DNA of 64,000 nt from Neptunomonas sp. (GTDB taxonomy: Bacteria; Pseudomonadota; Gammaproteobacteria; Pseudomonadales; Balneatricaceae): positions 45,990 to 109,989 of the forward strand of contig DAIRSP010000001.1 of assembly GCA_036804365.1 (NCBI GenBank). Reading direction: 5' to 3'. Positions 45,401 to 53,525 of the stretch are shown here, piece by piece. Below the pieces are notes generated by a model, which ran no database searches, was not told the DNA's origin, and saw nothing but the letters and a program-made list of their open reading frames with translations. The position numbers were made by a program, and so were the translations under genes. The first letter of the stretch is position 1, and every line of letters starts with the position of its first letter.

Positions 45401-45524
45401 AGGGTAATAACTCTTTCAGCCAATGGGTTTCATCAACGGCATAAAGTGGAGAGATTAGTTGCCAGAGATCAGTCAATGGTTGGCTGATGAAGTCGGGTTG
45501 GAGTACTTCAGTTGCTTTGAACAT
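42405..45524 (-). CDS. putA: Bifunctional proline dehydrogenase / glutamate-semialdehyde (P5C) dehydrogenase
   Basis: SFDMLGEAA, RLVKGAYWD, YLVRRLLENGANSSF, ETGGQN, SAGQRCSALR, GTGPKAGG; no N-terminal ribbon-helix-helix. Confidence 0.97.
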   Translation of the reverse strand: MFKATEVLQPDFISQPLTDLWQLISPLYAVDETHWLKELLPLALPDTAEKQRITEGAAQLISRVRADDGAIHMIDALLLEYSLDTREGILLMCLAEALMRIPDADTADALIKDKLSVADWKAHLKNSDSLFVNASTWGLLLTGKVVTLDENEDGSPSNSINRLVNKLSEPVIRKVMNQAMKIMGHQFVLGRSIKEALKRGHSQRDKGYTYSFDMLGEAALTAQDAEKYFNDYYQAITAVGKDSYRGNSPRPTVSIKLSALHPRYEVGQEDRVLGEMSDKVRSLIRHARNLDVGITIDAEEADRLELSLKLFKQLYQHPDAQGWGGLGLVVQAYSKRALPVLVWLAALAKQQGDCIPLRLVKGAYWDSEIKNCQQRGLNGYPVYTRKEATDTAYLACARFLLSDSVRGNIYPQFASHNAHTVASIIGMAKHDQFEFQRLHGMGDALYNTVIKQHTVNVRIYAPVGSHKDLLPYLVRRLLENGANSSFVHRLVDARCPISELIHHPAEVLQARSSLANPHIPQPDTLFGKERKNSRGYNIEIEGEWQAFQEKIQPFMQTQWQATSLINGTAPETTSAALDINAPYNHDEVVGRMIWSDRSHVDQALSCATTFYPIWRDTPVDQRAATLERLADLLEANYGELMALCHREAGKTLQDSIDEIREAVDFCRYYAVQARSTMTDEIQLPTFEGKLTNVTRQGRGVFVCISPWNFPLAIFLGQITAALAAGNCVVAKPAEQTGLIAFRATQLMLEAGIPAGAIQLVLGDGATVGAPLTSDPRVDGVAFTGSTETARLINQALASRDREPVPFIAETGGQNAMIIDSTSLPEQVVRDVVRSAFASAGQRCSALRVLFVQQDIADRIIPMLRGAMMERVVGDPTQHKTDIGPVIDAAAKQGLDNHIRRMREVGQFIAQTPLPSHSENGTFVAPTAFEISGIDLLTEEQFGPVLHVVRYKANDLEKVIDTINATGFGLTLGIHTRNETTANLISSRARVGNIYINRDQVGAVVGVQPFGGQGLSGTGPKAGGPHYLKRFTREVKQGQA

Positions 45525-45837
45525 AGTTAGGCTCCCTAAACACTGATTGACAGCGTTTTAACTAGGCGCCGTCGACTAAAATAACAAGATTGATGCACTT
45601 TAAGGATAATCTACCGATGGAGTCTTGCAGAATGCTGGGAATCTTTTGTGAAAAACTATGATGGCAGATCTTTTTGCAAACAACGAAATAAGTGGTTGCT
45701 TAACTGGCTTAAGGAAATAGTCGGAAATGGCAGTTTTTAGGCGATCAATTGCGTTGAATTTGTTATTATCCCCTTTTGCGGCGTTAATTGAATTAGCGCC
45801 ATTTTTATTTAAGCTATTTTTTACCGGATCGAGTGAT

Positions 45838-46329
45838 ATGCAACCGAAAGTCGCCATTATCATGGGCTCTAAAAGTGATTGGGAAACCATGAAATTAGCC
45901 ACTGAAATTCTAGACCAACTGCAGGTGTCTTATCATGTAGAAGTTGTGTCTGCACACCGAACACCAGATAAACTGTTCTCCTTTTCGTCTGGCGCTGTAG
46001 ATGCTGGTTTTGAGGTTATTATTGCTGGCGCAGGCGGAGCAGCCCATTTGCCAGGTATGGTTGCGTCAAAAACCCGTTTACCTGTGCTAGGCGTACCTGT
46101 TCAAAGTAAAGCGCTAAGCGGAATGGATAGTTTATTATCGATTGTGCAGATGCCTAAAGGGATTGCCGTAGGTACGTTAGCAATCGGTAGCGCTGGTGCT
46201 TTCAATGCGGGCTTATTAGCAGCGCAAATGCTTGCAAACAACGATCCTGAATTAGCGAATCGTTTAGAAGCATTCCGTCAATCTCAGACGGATGCTGTAT
46301 TAGAAAACGCAGATCCAAGAGAAGCCTAA
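45838..46329 (+). CDS. purE: N5-CAIR mutase
   Basis: [32 protein letters not shown]; start reset to ATG 45838. Confidence 0.97.
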   Translation: MQPKVAIIMGSKSDWETMKLATEILDQLQVSYHVEVVSAHRTPDKLFSFSSGAVDAGFEVIIAGAGGAAHLPGMVASKTRLPVLGVPVQSKALSGMDSLLSIVQMPKGIAVGTLAIGSAGAFNAGLLAAQMLANNDPELANRLEAFRQSQTDAVLENADPREA

Positions 46330-47402
46330 TGAGTAAACTGTGGGTGTTAGGTGCTGGTCAATTAGGCGCAATGATGCGTCATGCGGCTACACCTTTAAAT
46401 ATAGATGTCGTGCCGGTTGATTTTAATAAAGAGCAAACCTTATCGTTAGCGGCAGATGATGTTGTCACGGCTGAAATTGAGATGTGGCCTCAAACAACTG
46501 CAACTCAGCAACTAGCCGCCCATGCAAACTTTGTTAATAAAAATGTATTCCCGCGGCTAGCGGATCGACTGACTCAAAAGCAGCTGCTTGATGAGTTACA
46601 GATAGCGACAGCACCTTGGCAACTGGTCGATGCAGATACCAGCGCAGCAGAGTTATACACAAACATTGGTGAAACCGTTTTATTAAAACGTCGTACTGGC
46701 GGTTATGACGGTCGAGGCCAGTATTGGTTAAAGCAGTCCGAGCAAACCGAAGTGCCCGAAGGTTGGCACGAGCAAGCCATTGCTGAGAAGAAGATCCCTT
46801 TCGATGAAGAGGTATCAGTTGTAGGTGTGCGTGATAAAGACGGCAATATGTTCTTCTTTCCGCTGACACTGAACTTGCATGTTAATGGCATTTTAATGGC
46901 ATCGATTTCGCCATTAGCGCGGTTAGAGAAACTTCAAACTGAAGCGGAATCCATGTTAGGTAAGCTACTAAGCTCACTCGATTACGTGGGTGTGATGGCG
47001 ATGGAATGTTTCCGCGTGGGTGATCATCTAATGGTGAATGAACTTGCACCTCGGGTTCATAACAGCGGTCATTGGACGCAGTCTGGCGCAAGTATTAGCC
47101 AGTTTGAATATCATGTCAGAGCGGTAGTCGGTTTGCCTTTGGCCAAGCCTGTACTCAAAGGCCAGTCAGTCATGATCAATCTTATTGGCGTCGCACGCGA
47201 TGATCGTTGGTTAGCGGTGCCAGGTACGCAGTTGTATTGGTATGGCAAAGAGGTACGTGACGGTCGTAAGGTTGGTCATATCAATTTGACAATGAATGAT
47301 GCTGATCAGCTAGAGCGTTCCTTAGCAACGCTGAAAGGCTACTTCCCAGAGCCCTATCCTCAAGTGTTTGACTGGGTAGCGGAAAACCTACCACAGTCTT
47401 AA
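46329..47402 (+). CDS. purK: N5-CAIR synthetase
   Basis: GAGQLG, GGYDGRGQ, NELAPRVHNSGHWT, GRKVGH; TAATG coupling to purE. Confidence 0.96.
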   Translation: MSKLWVLGAGQLGAMMRHAATPLNIDVVPVDFNKEQTLSLAADDVVTAEIEMWPQTTATQQLAAHANFVNKNVFPRLADRLTQKQLLDELQIATAPWQLVDADTSAAELYTNIGETVLLKRRTGGYDGRGQYWLKQSEQTEVPEGWHEQAIAEKKIPFDEEVSVVGVRDKDGNMFFFPLTLNLHVNGILMASISPLARLEKLQTEAESMLGKLLSSLDYVGVMAMECFRVGDHLMVNELAPRVHNSGHWTQSGASISQFEYHVRAVVGLPLAKPVLKGQSVMINLIGVARDDRWLAVPGTQLYWYGKEVRDGRKVGHINLTMNDADQLERSLATLKGYFPEPYPQVFDWVAENLPQS

Positions 47403-47410
47403 TGCGCATA

Positions 47411-47440
47411 ATGTAAGATCTCTCTAGAGAGATCTTACAT
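47411..47440. repeat. Perfect 30-bp palindrome at purK/AraC convergence (probable terminator)
   Basis: ATGTAAGATCTCTCTAGAGAGATCTTACAT; overlaps last codon and stop of the AraC gene. Confidence 0.85.
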
Positions 47441-48199
47441 CTCTTTTTGTAACTTCCGACAACGCGCTGGCGTCGTGCCAAAATGTGCGCGAAAAGCGTG
47501 GGTGAACGCACTTTGGCTATTAAATCCGCATGCTTCAGCGGTTTGTAAAATTGTCCATCCCTGTGCCAGTTTCTCTTTACTCCGTTCTAGTCGCTTATTC
47601 AAAACATACTGATGAGGCGATAATCCTGTGTCTTCTTTAAAACGCGCATGGAAATGACTCGGACTCATAAATACCACAGCAGACAACTCAGCAATTGAGA
47701 GTTTGCGGTGCATATTGAGTTGAATGTATTGGTTCAATACACCTAAATCAATCTTGAGTAACTGCTGTCTAGGCTTAGGTTGATTGATGAAGTTATTCAT
47801 CGATAACAGCAGCGTATGTCCGCAGGCTTGTAAGAGAGGTGAGTCTGCAGGCGATTGCTTGATCTCCTGGCAGATAGCTTGCAGCAGCACTTGGCGCTGC
47901 GTATCCAGAGTAAAGTATGAAGCATGGTCAAACATGCGAGAAATCTGGTCGCGTAACGGTCTAGGTTCAACTTTTTCAAAAGGGATGTTGATGACGACGA
48001 TACGGTTATTACCCACTCCACAAAACGCGTGGTCAGTCGACGAAGGTACAAAGCAGCCTCGACCTAACCCGACATGCTCGCCGCGTCCTTGTATATCAAA
48101 CTCAGTATCCCCTTCTAACCCAAATACCAATTGATGATATTCATGATCATGATGGTTAGCTGTGTCTGGTAATGTTAAAAGTGAAGTAGTAGTCACCAT
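47435..48199 (-). CDS. AraC-family regulator, probably a PruR-like proline-utilisation regulator
   Basis: Cupin HHDHEYHQLVFG, C-terminal double HTH (GFNSQSAFTHAF); close to and co-oriented with putA. Confidence 0.85.
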   Translation of the reverse strand: MVTTTSLLTLPDTANHHDHEYHQLVFGLEGDTEFDIQGRGEHVGLGRGCFVPSSTDHAFCGVGNNRIVVINIPFEKVEPRPLRDQISRMFDHASYFTLDTQRQVLLQAICQEIKQSPADSPLLQACGHTLLLSMNNFINQPKPRQQLLKIDLGVLNQYIQLNMHRKLSIAELSAVVFMSPSHFHARFKEDTGLSPHQYVLNKRLERSKEKLAQGWTILQTAEACGFNSQSAFTHAFRAHFGTTPARCRKLQKEM

Positions 48200-48384
48200 G
48201 ATTTATAGCCTTACCATGCGCCTCCATTAGCCTTGTATGAATAGTGTACAATAATTGTAGAATTGATCCACCGCAGCCAACGCTACACTGATTGCTCTAA
48301 TACTGCTAATTAAAGCGCACTTTTGCTAAGAAAACGGTAGAATGTCACGCCATATACAGAAATTGACTGATGGCTGAAGTGAAC

Positions 48385-49449
48385 ATGGCTGAATTAAAGA
48401 ACGATCGTTTTTTGCGTGCATTGTTACGCGAACCCGTAGATGTAACACCTGTATGGATGATGCGCCAAGCAGGGCGTTATCTTCCAGAGTACCGTGCAAC
48501 CCGTGCTCAAGCGGGTGACTTTCTAAGTTTGTGTAAAAATCGTGAGTTAGCTTGCGAAGTAACGATTCAGCCATTGGAACGTTTTGACTTAGATGCTGCG
48601 ATTCTGTTTTCCGATATTTTAACTATTCCCGATGCGATGGACTTAGGTCTCTACTTTGAGCAGGGTGAAGGCCCACGCTTCAAAAAGATTATTCGTACCG
48701 AACAAGATGTTGAAGCACTCAAAGTGCCGGATGCGGCGACTGATCTTGACTACGTAATGAACGCAGTCAAAGAGATTCGTGGTGCGCTGAATGGACGAGT
48801 ACCTCTAATTGGCTTCTCTGGTAGCCCTTGGACGTTGGCCACTTATATGGTTGAGGGTGGCTCATCGAAAGATTTCCGTCATATTAAAGAGATGATGTAC
48901 GCCACCCCTGAGGTGTTGCATCAATTACTGGATAAGTTGGCGCAATCAGTCACGAATTACCTTAACGAGCAGATTCTGTCTGGTGCTCAAGCCGTACAGA
49001 TATTCGATACTTGGGGTGGTGTGCTGAGTGGTGAAATGTACAAAGCCTTCTCATTAGATTACATGCGTAAAATCATCTCTGGCTTGATTCGTGAGCATGA
49101 AGGTCGCCGTGTCCCTGTAATTATGTTTACTAAAAACGGGGGGCAGTGGCTTGAAGTGATGGCTGAAGCCGGTGCCGATGCGCTAGGTTTAGATTGGACA
49201 ACCGATATTGGCGATGCACGTAAGCGTGTAGGTAATAAGGTTGCCTTGCAGGGCAATATGGATCCATCGGTTCTGTATGCACAACCTGAACGCATTCGCT
49301 CTGAAGTAGAAGATATACTACAACGCTTTGGCGCTGGAAATGGTCATGTTTTCAACTTAGGCCATGGTATTCATCAGTTTGCTAACCCCGATCATGCAAA
49401 AGTATTTGTTGATGCGGTGCATGAATTTAGTGCGAAATATCACGTCTAA
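48385..49449 (+). CDS. hemE: Uroporphyrinogen decarboxylase
   Basis: [34 protein letters not shown]; alternative start 48370. Confidence 0.97.
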   Translation: MAELKNDRFLRALLREPVDVTPVWMMRQAGRYLPEYRATRAQAGDFLSLCKNRELACEVTIQPLERFDLDAAILFSDILTIPDAMDLGLYFEQGEGPRFKKIIRTEQDVEALKVPDAATDLDYVMNAVKEIRGALNGRVPLIGFSGSPWTLATYMVEGGSSKDFRHIKEMMYATPEVLHQLLDKLAQSVTNYLNEQILSGAQAVQIFDTWGGVLSGEMYKAFSLDYMRKIISGLIREHEGRRVPVIMFTKNGGQWLEVMAEAGADALGLDWTTDIGDARKRVGNKVALQGNMDPSVLYAQPERIRSEVEDILQRFGAGNGHVFNLGHGIHQFANPDHAKVFVDAVHEFSAKYHV

Positions 49450-49473
49450 TATTAAAGTATAGTTTGACTGATT

Positions 49474-49498
49474 AAAGGGACGTTAGCGTCCCTTTTTT
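49474..49498 (+). terminator. Intrinsic terminator after hemE
   Basis: AAAGGGACG-ttag-CGTCCCTTTTTT. Confidence 0.85.
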
Positions 49499-49525
49499 GT
49501 ATCGGATGAGTTGTTACGAGGCATT

Positions 49526-50188
49526 ATGAAAAAGCTAAAGCACCTTTTTGATAGTAACCGCTCTTGGGCGGAGAAAATTAAGCAGAACGACCCTACATTC
49601 TTTGAAACCCTAACCAAGCAGCAAGCCCCTGACTATCTATGGATTGGTTGTTCTGATAGCCGCGTACCTGCGAATGAAATTTTGGGTATGTTGCCAGGTG
49701 ATATCTTTGTTCATCGTAATGTATCCAACCTGGTCATTCATACAGATATGAATTGTCTATCAGTGATTCAGTTCGCGGTGACTGTGCTAAAAGTTAAGCA
49801 TATTATGGTTGTGGGACATTATGGATGTGGTGGTGTACGTGCTGCGATTGAGTCAAAACCTCATGGTTTGATTGATAACTGGTTACGCCATATTCGTGAT
49901 ATCTATGTTAAACATCGTTCTATGTTGTCGGCCTGGAAGGATCAAACTGAACATTTGGATAAGTTGTGTGAAGTTAACGTTATAGAACAAGCCTATAACG
50001 TGTGTAACACGACAATTGTGCAAGAAGCTTGGGAAAGCGGCCAAGAGCTGAGTGTTCATGCGTGGGTGTATGGATTGAACAATGGATTGGTCAGAGACTT
50101 ACACTTCTGTGCATCTAGCAACGAAGAGCTTGAAAGTGAGTATGAGAGTGCTATTGGCGCAATCGCTAAGCAAGCAGCTGAGCAGTAA
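49526..50188 (+). CDS. can: Beta-class carbonic anhydrase
   Basis: WIGCSDSRVP, FVHRNV, GHYGCGGV; ATG 49526 after GAGG. Confidence 0.94.
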   Translation: MKKLKHLFDSNRSWAEKIKQNDPTFFETLTKQQAPDYLWIGCSDSRVPANEILGMLPGDIFVHRNVSNLVIHTDMNCLSVIQFAVTVLKVKHIMVVGHYGCGGVRAAIESKPHGLIDNWLRHIRDIYVKHRSMLSAWKDQTEHLDKLCEVNVIEQAYNVCNTTIVQEAWESGQELSVHAWVYGLNNGLVRDLHFCASSNEELESEYESAIGAIAKQAAEQ

Positions 50189-50198
50189 GCATGAGATG

Positions 50199-50230
50199 GC
50201 GATAAAAAAGCAGCGCTGCTTTTTTATCGC
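50199..50230. terminator. Bidirectional terminator between can and the metY-like gene
   Basis: GCGATAAAAAAGCAGCGCTGCTTTTTTATCGC, perfect 32-bp palindrome. Confidence 0.85.
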
Positions 50231-50246
50231 TAGTTGGTCTACCTAA

Positions 50247-51518
50247 TTAGACTGCAGCAAGCGCCTGCTCTAAGTCAGCAAGCAAGTCATCAATATGTTC
50301 AATACCTACAGAAAGGCGCACCATTTCAGGAGCTACGCCAGCGGCTTTTAGCTCAGCATCATTTAGCTGACGGTGAGTTGTTTCTGCTGGAATAGACGCC
50401 AAAGATTTACAATCACCAATGTTCACTAAGCGCACAAAAATACTCAAAGCGTCATAGAATTTACGTGTCGCTTCACGGCCAGCCTTCAAGCCAAAGCTCA
50501 AAATACCAGACGCTTGTCCATTCATATACTTTTTAGCAAGTGTGTGATCTTTATGACTTTCTAGTGCGGCGTAATTAACCCAGCTCACTTTCGCATGACT
50601 TGCTAGGAATTTAGCGACACTCAGCGCATTTTGGTTAATACGCTCCATACGTAACGCGAGGGTTTCTAAGCCCTGAAGCACCAGGAATGCGTTCATTGGA
50701 GACAGTGCAGCACCCATGTTGCGCAGAGGAACAACACGGCAGCGTCCAATAAATGCAGCAGGGCCGAAAGCCTCTGTGTAAACCACACCGTGATAAGAGA
50801 TGTCGGGTGTGTTCAGCAGCGGGAAGCGCTCTTTGTTATCAGCCCAAGGGAATTTTCCAGAATCAACAATCACCCCTGCAATTGAGTTACCGTGCCCGCC
50901 CATATATTTTGTTGCTGCATGCACAACAATGTCCGCACCTTGCTCAATTGGGCGCCATAACAAAGGGCTGGCAACGGTGTTATCAACAATCAGAGGGATA
51001 CCATGACGATGAGCGATCTCCGCTAGCTTTTCAATATCAGCAATACCGCCAGAAGGGTTGCCAACTGATTCGCAATATAGGCCTTTAGTGCGTTCATCGA
51101 TGTGCGCTTCGATAGCAGCAAAATCATCTTTGTTCGCAAAGCGCACTTGGATACCTTGGCGAGGAAGGGTGTGAGCAAATAGGTTGTATGTACCGCCGTA
51201 TAATTCGCTCGTAGAAACAATATTGTCACCCACTTCAGCGATTGTTTGGATGGTGTAGGTGATCGCAGCCATACCTGAAGCAACGGCTAGTGCAGCAATA
51301 CCCCCTTCTAGCTCAGCAACACGCTTCTCTAGTACGTCGGTTGTTGGGTTCATGATACGGGTATAGATGTTTCCCGCGACTTTCAGGTCAAATAGGTCAG
51401 CACCGTGTTGAGCATCATCAAAAGCATAGGAGGTTGTTTGATAGATAGGTACGGCAACGGCTTTAGTGGTTGGGTCTGGCGAGTAGCCACCGTGTACCGC
51501 AATAGTCTCTAATTTCAT
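50247..51518 (-). CDS. O-acetylhomoserine aminocarboxypropyltransferase / sulfhydrylase (MetY-like)
   Basis: VPIYQTTSY, YTRIMNPT, HAATKYMGGHG (PLP Lys), TTHRQL. Confidence 0.93.
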   Translation of the reverse strand: MKLETIAVHGGYSPDPTTKAVAVPIYQTTSYAFDDAQHGADLFDLKVAGNIYTRIMNPTTDVLEKRVAELEGGIAALAVASGMAAITYTIQTIAEVGDNIVSTSELYGGTYNLFAHTLPRQGIQVRFANKDDFAAIEAHIDERTKGLYCESVGNPSGGIADIEKLAEIAHRHGIPLIVDNTVASPLLWRPIEQGADIVVHAATKYMGGHGNSIAGVIVDSGKFPWADNKERFPLLNTPDISYHGVVYTEAFGPAAFIGRCRVVPLRNMGAALSPMNAFLVLQGLETLALRMERINQNALSVAKFLASHAKVSWVNYAALESHKDHTLAKKYMNGQASGILSFGLKAGREATRKFYDALSIFVRLVNIGDCKSLASIPAETTHRQLNDAELKAAGVAPEMVRLSVGIEHIDDLLADLEQALAAV

Positions 51519-51569
51519 TGAGTGCTCCCTGGGAAATCTAATTATTAGTTGATTGTTCGACTGCTAATG

Positions 51570-51646
51570 ATTGTAAAGGTTCTCCCTCATGAATATAAAG
51601 CCTTCTCGACTAATGCTTTATATGAAGGCCATAGGTTAGTTAGAAT
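51570..51646. promoter_or_regulatory. Back-to-back sigma70-like promoters for the metY-like gene and radA around an inverted repeat
   Basis: + strand TTTATA-N18-TAGAAT; - strand TTTATA-N18-TACAAT; core ATATAAAGC-N13-GCTTTATAT. Confidence 0.5.
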
Positions 51647-51675
51647 GCTTTCAACGCAAACAGGGGAGACTCATA

Positions 51676-53043
51676 ATGGCGAAAGCCAAAACAGCCTACG
51701 TATGTAATGAATGTGGCGCCGACTACAGCAAGTGGCAAGGGCAATGCTCGGCTTGTCAGGCATGGAATACACTCAGTGAAGTACGTTTAGGTGCCGTCAG
51801 TAGCGCGGCAGCAAAACCGCGCTATGATGGTTATGCTGGACAAACGAGCCAGCGAGTTATGAAGTTATCCGATGTTGATTTGGCAGATATGCCGCGAATT
51901 GGCACTGGTACGGAAGAGCTGAATCGAGTGCTCGGTGGTGGTTTGGTGCCGGGCTCAGCCATTTTGATTGGTGGACATCCAGGTGCCGGTAAAAGTACCT
52001 TGTTGCTACAAATCATGTGCTATCTAGCAGAGACGATGCCCGCGCTTTATGTAACGGGTGAAGAGTCTTTACAGCAGGTTGCAATGCGTGCCCATCGGTT
52101 AGGCTTGAAAGCGGAACACTTGAAAATGCTCTCCGAAACGAGCGTGGAAGCTGTGTGTCAGGTTGCCTCAGAGTTGAAGCCTAAAGTGATTGTTATCGAT
52201 TCTATTCAGGTTATGCATATGGCTGAGATTCAGTCGGCTCCAGGCTCGGTTGCTCAGGTAAGAGAGTCCGCCGCAGATCTGACCCGTTATGCTAAACAAA
52301 CGGGCACCGTGTTGTTTTTAGTCGGGCATGTCACTAAAGATGGATCTTTAGCGGGACCGAAAGTGCTTGAACACATGATTGACTGTTCCCTTCAGTTAGA
52401 AGGCTCGTCTGATAGCCGTTTCCGAACCCTGCGTTCGCATAAAAACCGTTTTGGTGCGGTGAATGAGTTGGGTGTTTTCGCGATGCTCGAAAATGGGTTA
52501 CGCGAAGTTAAAAATCCAAGCTCAATTTTTCTGAGTCGAGGCGAAACCCCTAGCCCAGGCAGTGTCGTAATGGTTGTATGGGAAGGCACACGTCCTCTAT
52601 TGGTCGAAATACAGGCCCTAGTGGATCAGTCTCATATGAACAACCCGCGGCGAGTGGCCGTGGGGTTAGATAGCAATCGGCTTGCGATGTTGCTCGCAGT
52701 TTTGCATCGTCACGGTGGGATGCATACGGGTGATCAAGACGTTTTTGTTAACGTAGTCGGCGGGGTTAAGGTATTAGAAACCAGTGCGGATTTGGCCTTG
52801 CTGCTCGCGGTTGTTTCTAGTTACCGGGATCGAGCATTACCACAGGACTTGATGGTGATTGGAGAGGTTGGCTTATCGGGTGAGATCAGACCCGTACCTA
52901 ATGGTCAAGACCGGATCAGAGAAGCGGCAAAACATGGTTTTAAACGTGCGATAGTGCCCAAAGGAAATGCGCCGAAAGAAAAAATTGCGGGCATAGAGGT
53001 GGTTGCTGTTAGCCGTCTCTCCGATGCCCTTGACGCTTTATAA
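51676..53043 (+). CDS. radA: DNA repair protein RadA/Sms
   Basis: CNEC...CSAC zinc finger, GHPGAGKST, KNRFG, GEVGLSGE. Confidence 0.98.
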   Translation: MAKAKTAYVCNECGADYSKWQGQCSACQAWNTLSEVRLGAVSSAAAKPRYDGYAGQTSQRVMKLSDVDLADMPRIGTGTEELNRVLGGGLVPGSAILIGGHPGAGKSTLLLQIMCYLAETMPALYVTGEESLQQVAMRAHRLGLKAEHLKMLSETSVEAVCQVASELKPKVIVIDSIQVMHMAEIQSAPGSVAQVRESAADLTRYAKQTGTVLFLVGHVTKDGSLAGPKVLEHMIDCSLQLEGSSDSRFRTLRSHKNRFGAVNELGVFAMLENGLREVKNPSSIFLSRGETPSPGSVVMVVWEGTRPLLVEIQALVDQSHMNNPRRVAVGLDSNRLAMLLAVLHRHGGMHTGDQDVFVNVVGGVKVLETSADLALLLAVVSSYRDRALPQDLMVIGEVGLSGEIRPVPNGQDRIREAAKHGFKRAIVPKGNAPKEKIAGIEVVAVSRLSDALDAL

Positions 53044-53053
53044 TTCGGATATT

Positions 53054-53422
53054 CTACTTGTAAAGGTGCTCAAGCTCTCTATCAAGGAGGTTTTGGTCAC
53101 CTAGGTTTAACTCTACTAAACGGCGCAAGTGGGTGATGCTTGAGAGTTCCATGTGCTTAGCTTGCAGACCCAAATAGCGCCCTATCTTATGATTAATCAC
53201 AGCCGACATCTCTATAATGGTGCCTTGGTCATCGAGTGCTATAACCAATTCGGCAAAATCACCAGGGCTTAGAGGGATATTATCATCGGACTCAGTTAAT
53301 GCGCCTTTGAAGCAGATATCAACGAGCTTTAGGTTCCATTCGCCTTTCGCTGTTTTTAGTGTGCACTTCGCATCAAAATGGATGCGCGTAAAGCGGCGAC
53401 GTTCATGTGCTTGCTCAGTCAC
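53054..53422 (-). CDS. Single-domain PilZ c-di-GMP receptor (MapZ/PA4608-like)
   Basis: ERRRFTR (RxxxR), DICFKG, SITHLRRLVELNLGD; convergent with radA; GTG start 53422 after GGAG. Confidence 0.88.
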   Translation of the reverse strand: MTEQAHERRRFTRIHFDAKCTLKTAKGEWNLKLVDICFKGALTESDDNIPLSPGDFAELVIALDDQGTIIEMSAVINHKIGRYLGLQAKHMELSSITHLRRLVELNLGDQNLLDRELEHLYK

Positions 53423-53525
53423 TATTATTCTCCAAGCCACCTAGGCTTTGTTTCTCTATAAAAAAATAATATCTACAGCATAGACTATACTCAAACGGTA
53501 TTCGAGTTGTGGAAGATGCAAGTTA

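Noticed and set aside
45620..45680. Repeated TCTT(T)G elements upstream of putA as AraC sites, and GCAAAC as a PurR half-site
   Set aside because: Spacing is irregular (19 and 27 bp) and the PurR palindrome is incomplete; too weak to call
45727..45837. 37-aa N-terminal extension of PurE in the ORF track
   Set aside because: Homology begins at [11 protein letters not shown] (45838); the extension is AT-rich promoter DNA
48370..48393. 9-bp direct repeat ATGGCTGAA giving two possible hemE starts
   Set aside because: Adds only five residues; no sign of a target-site duplication or element between the copies
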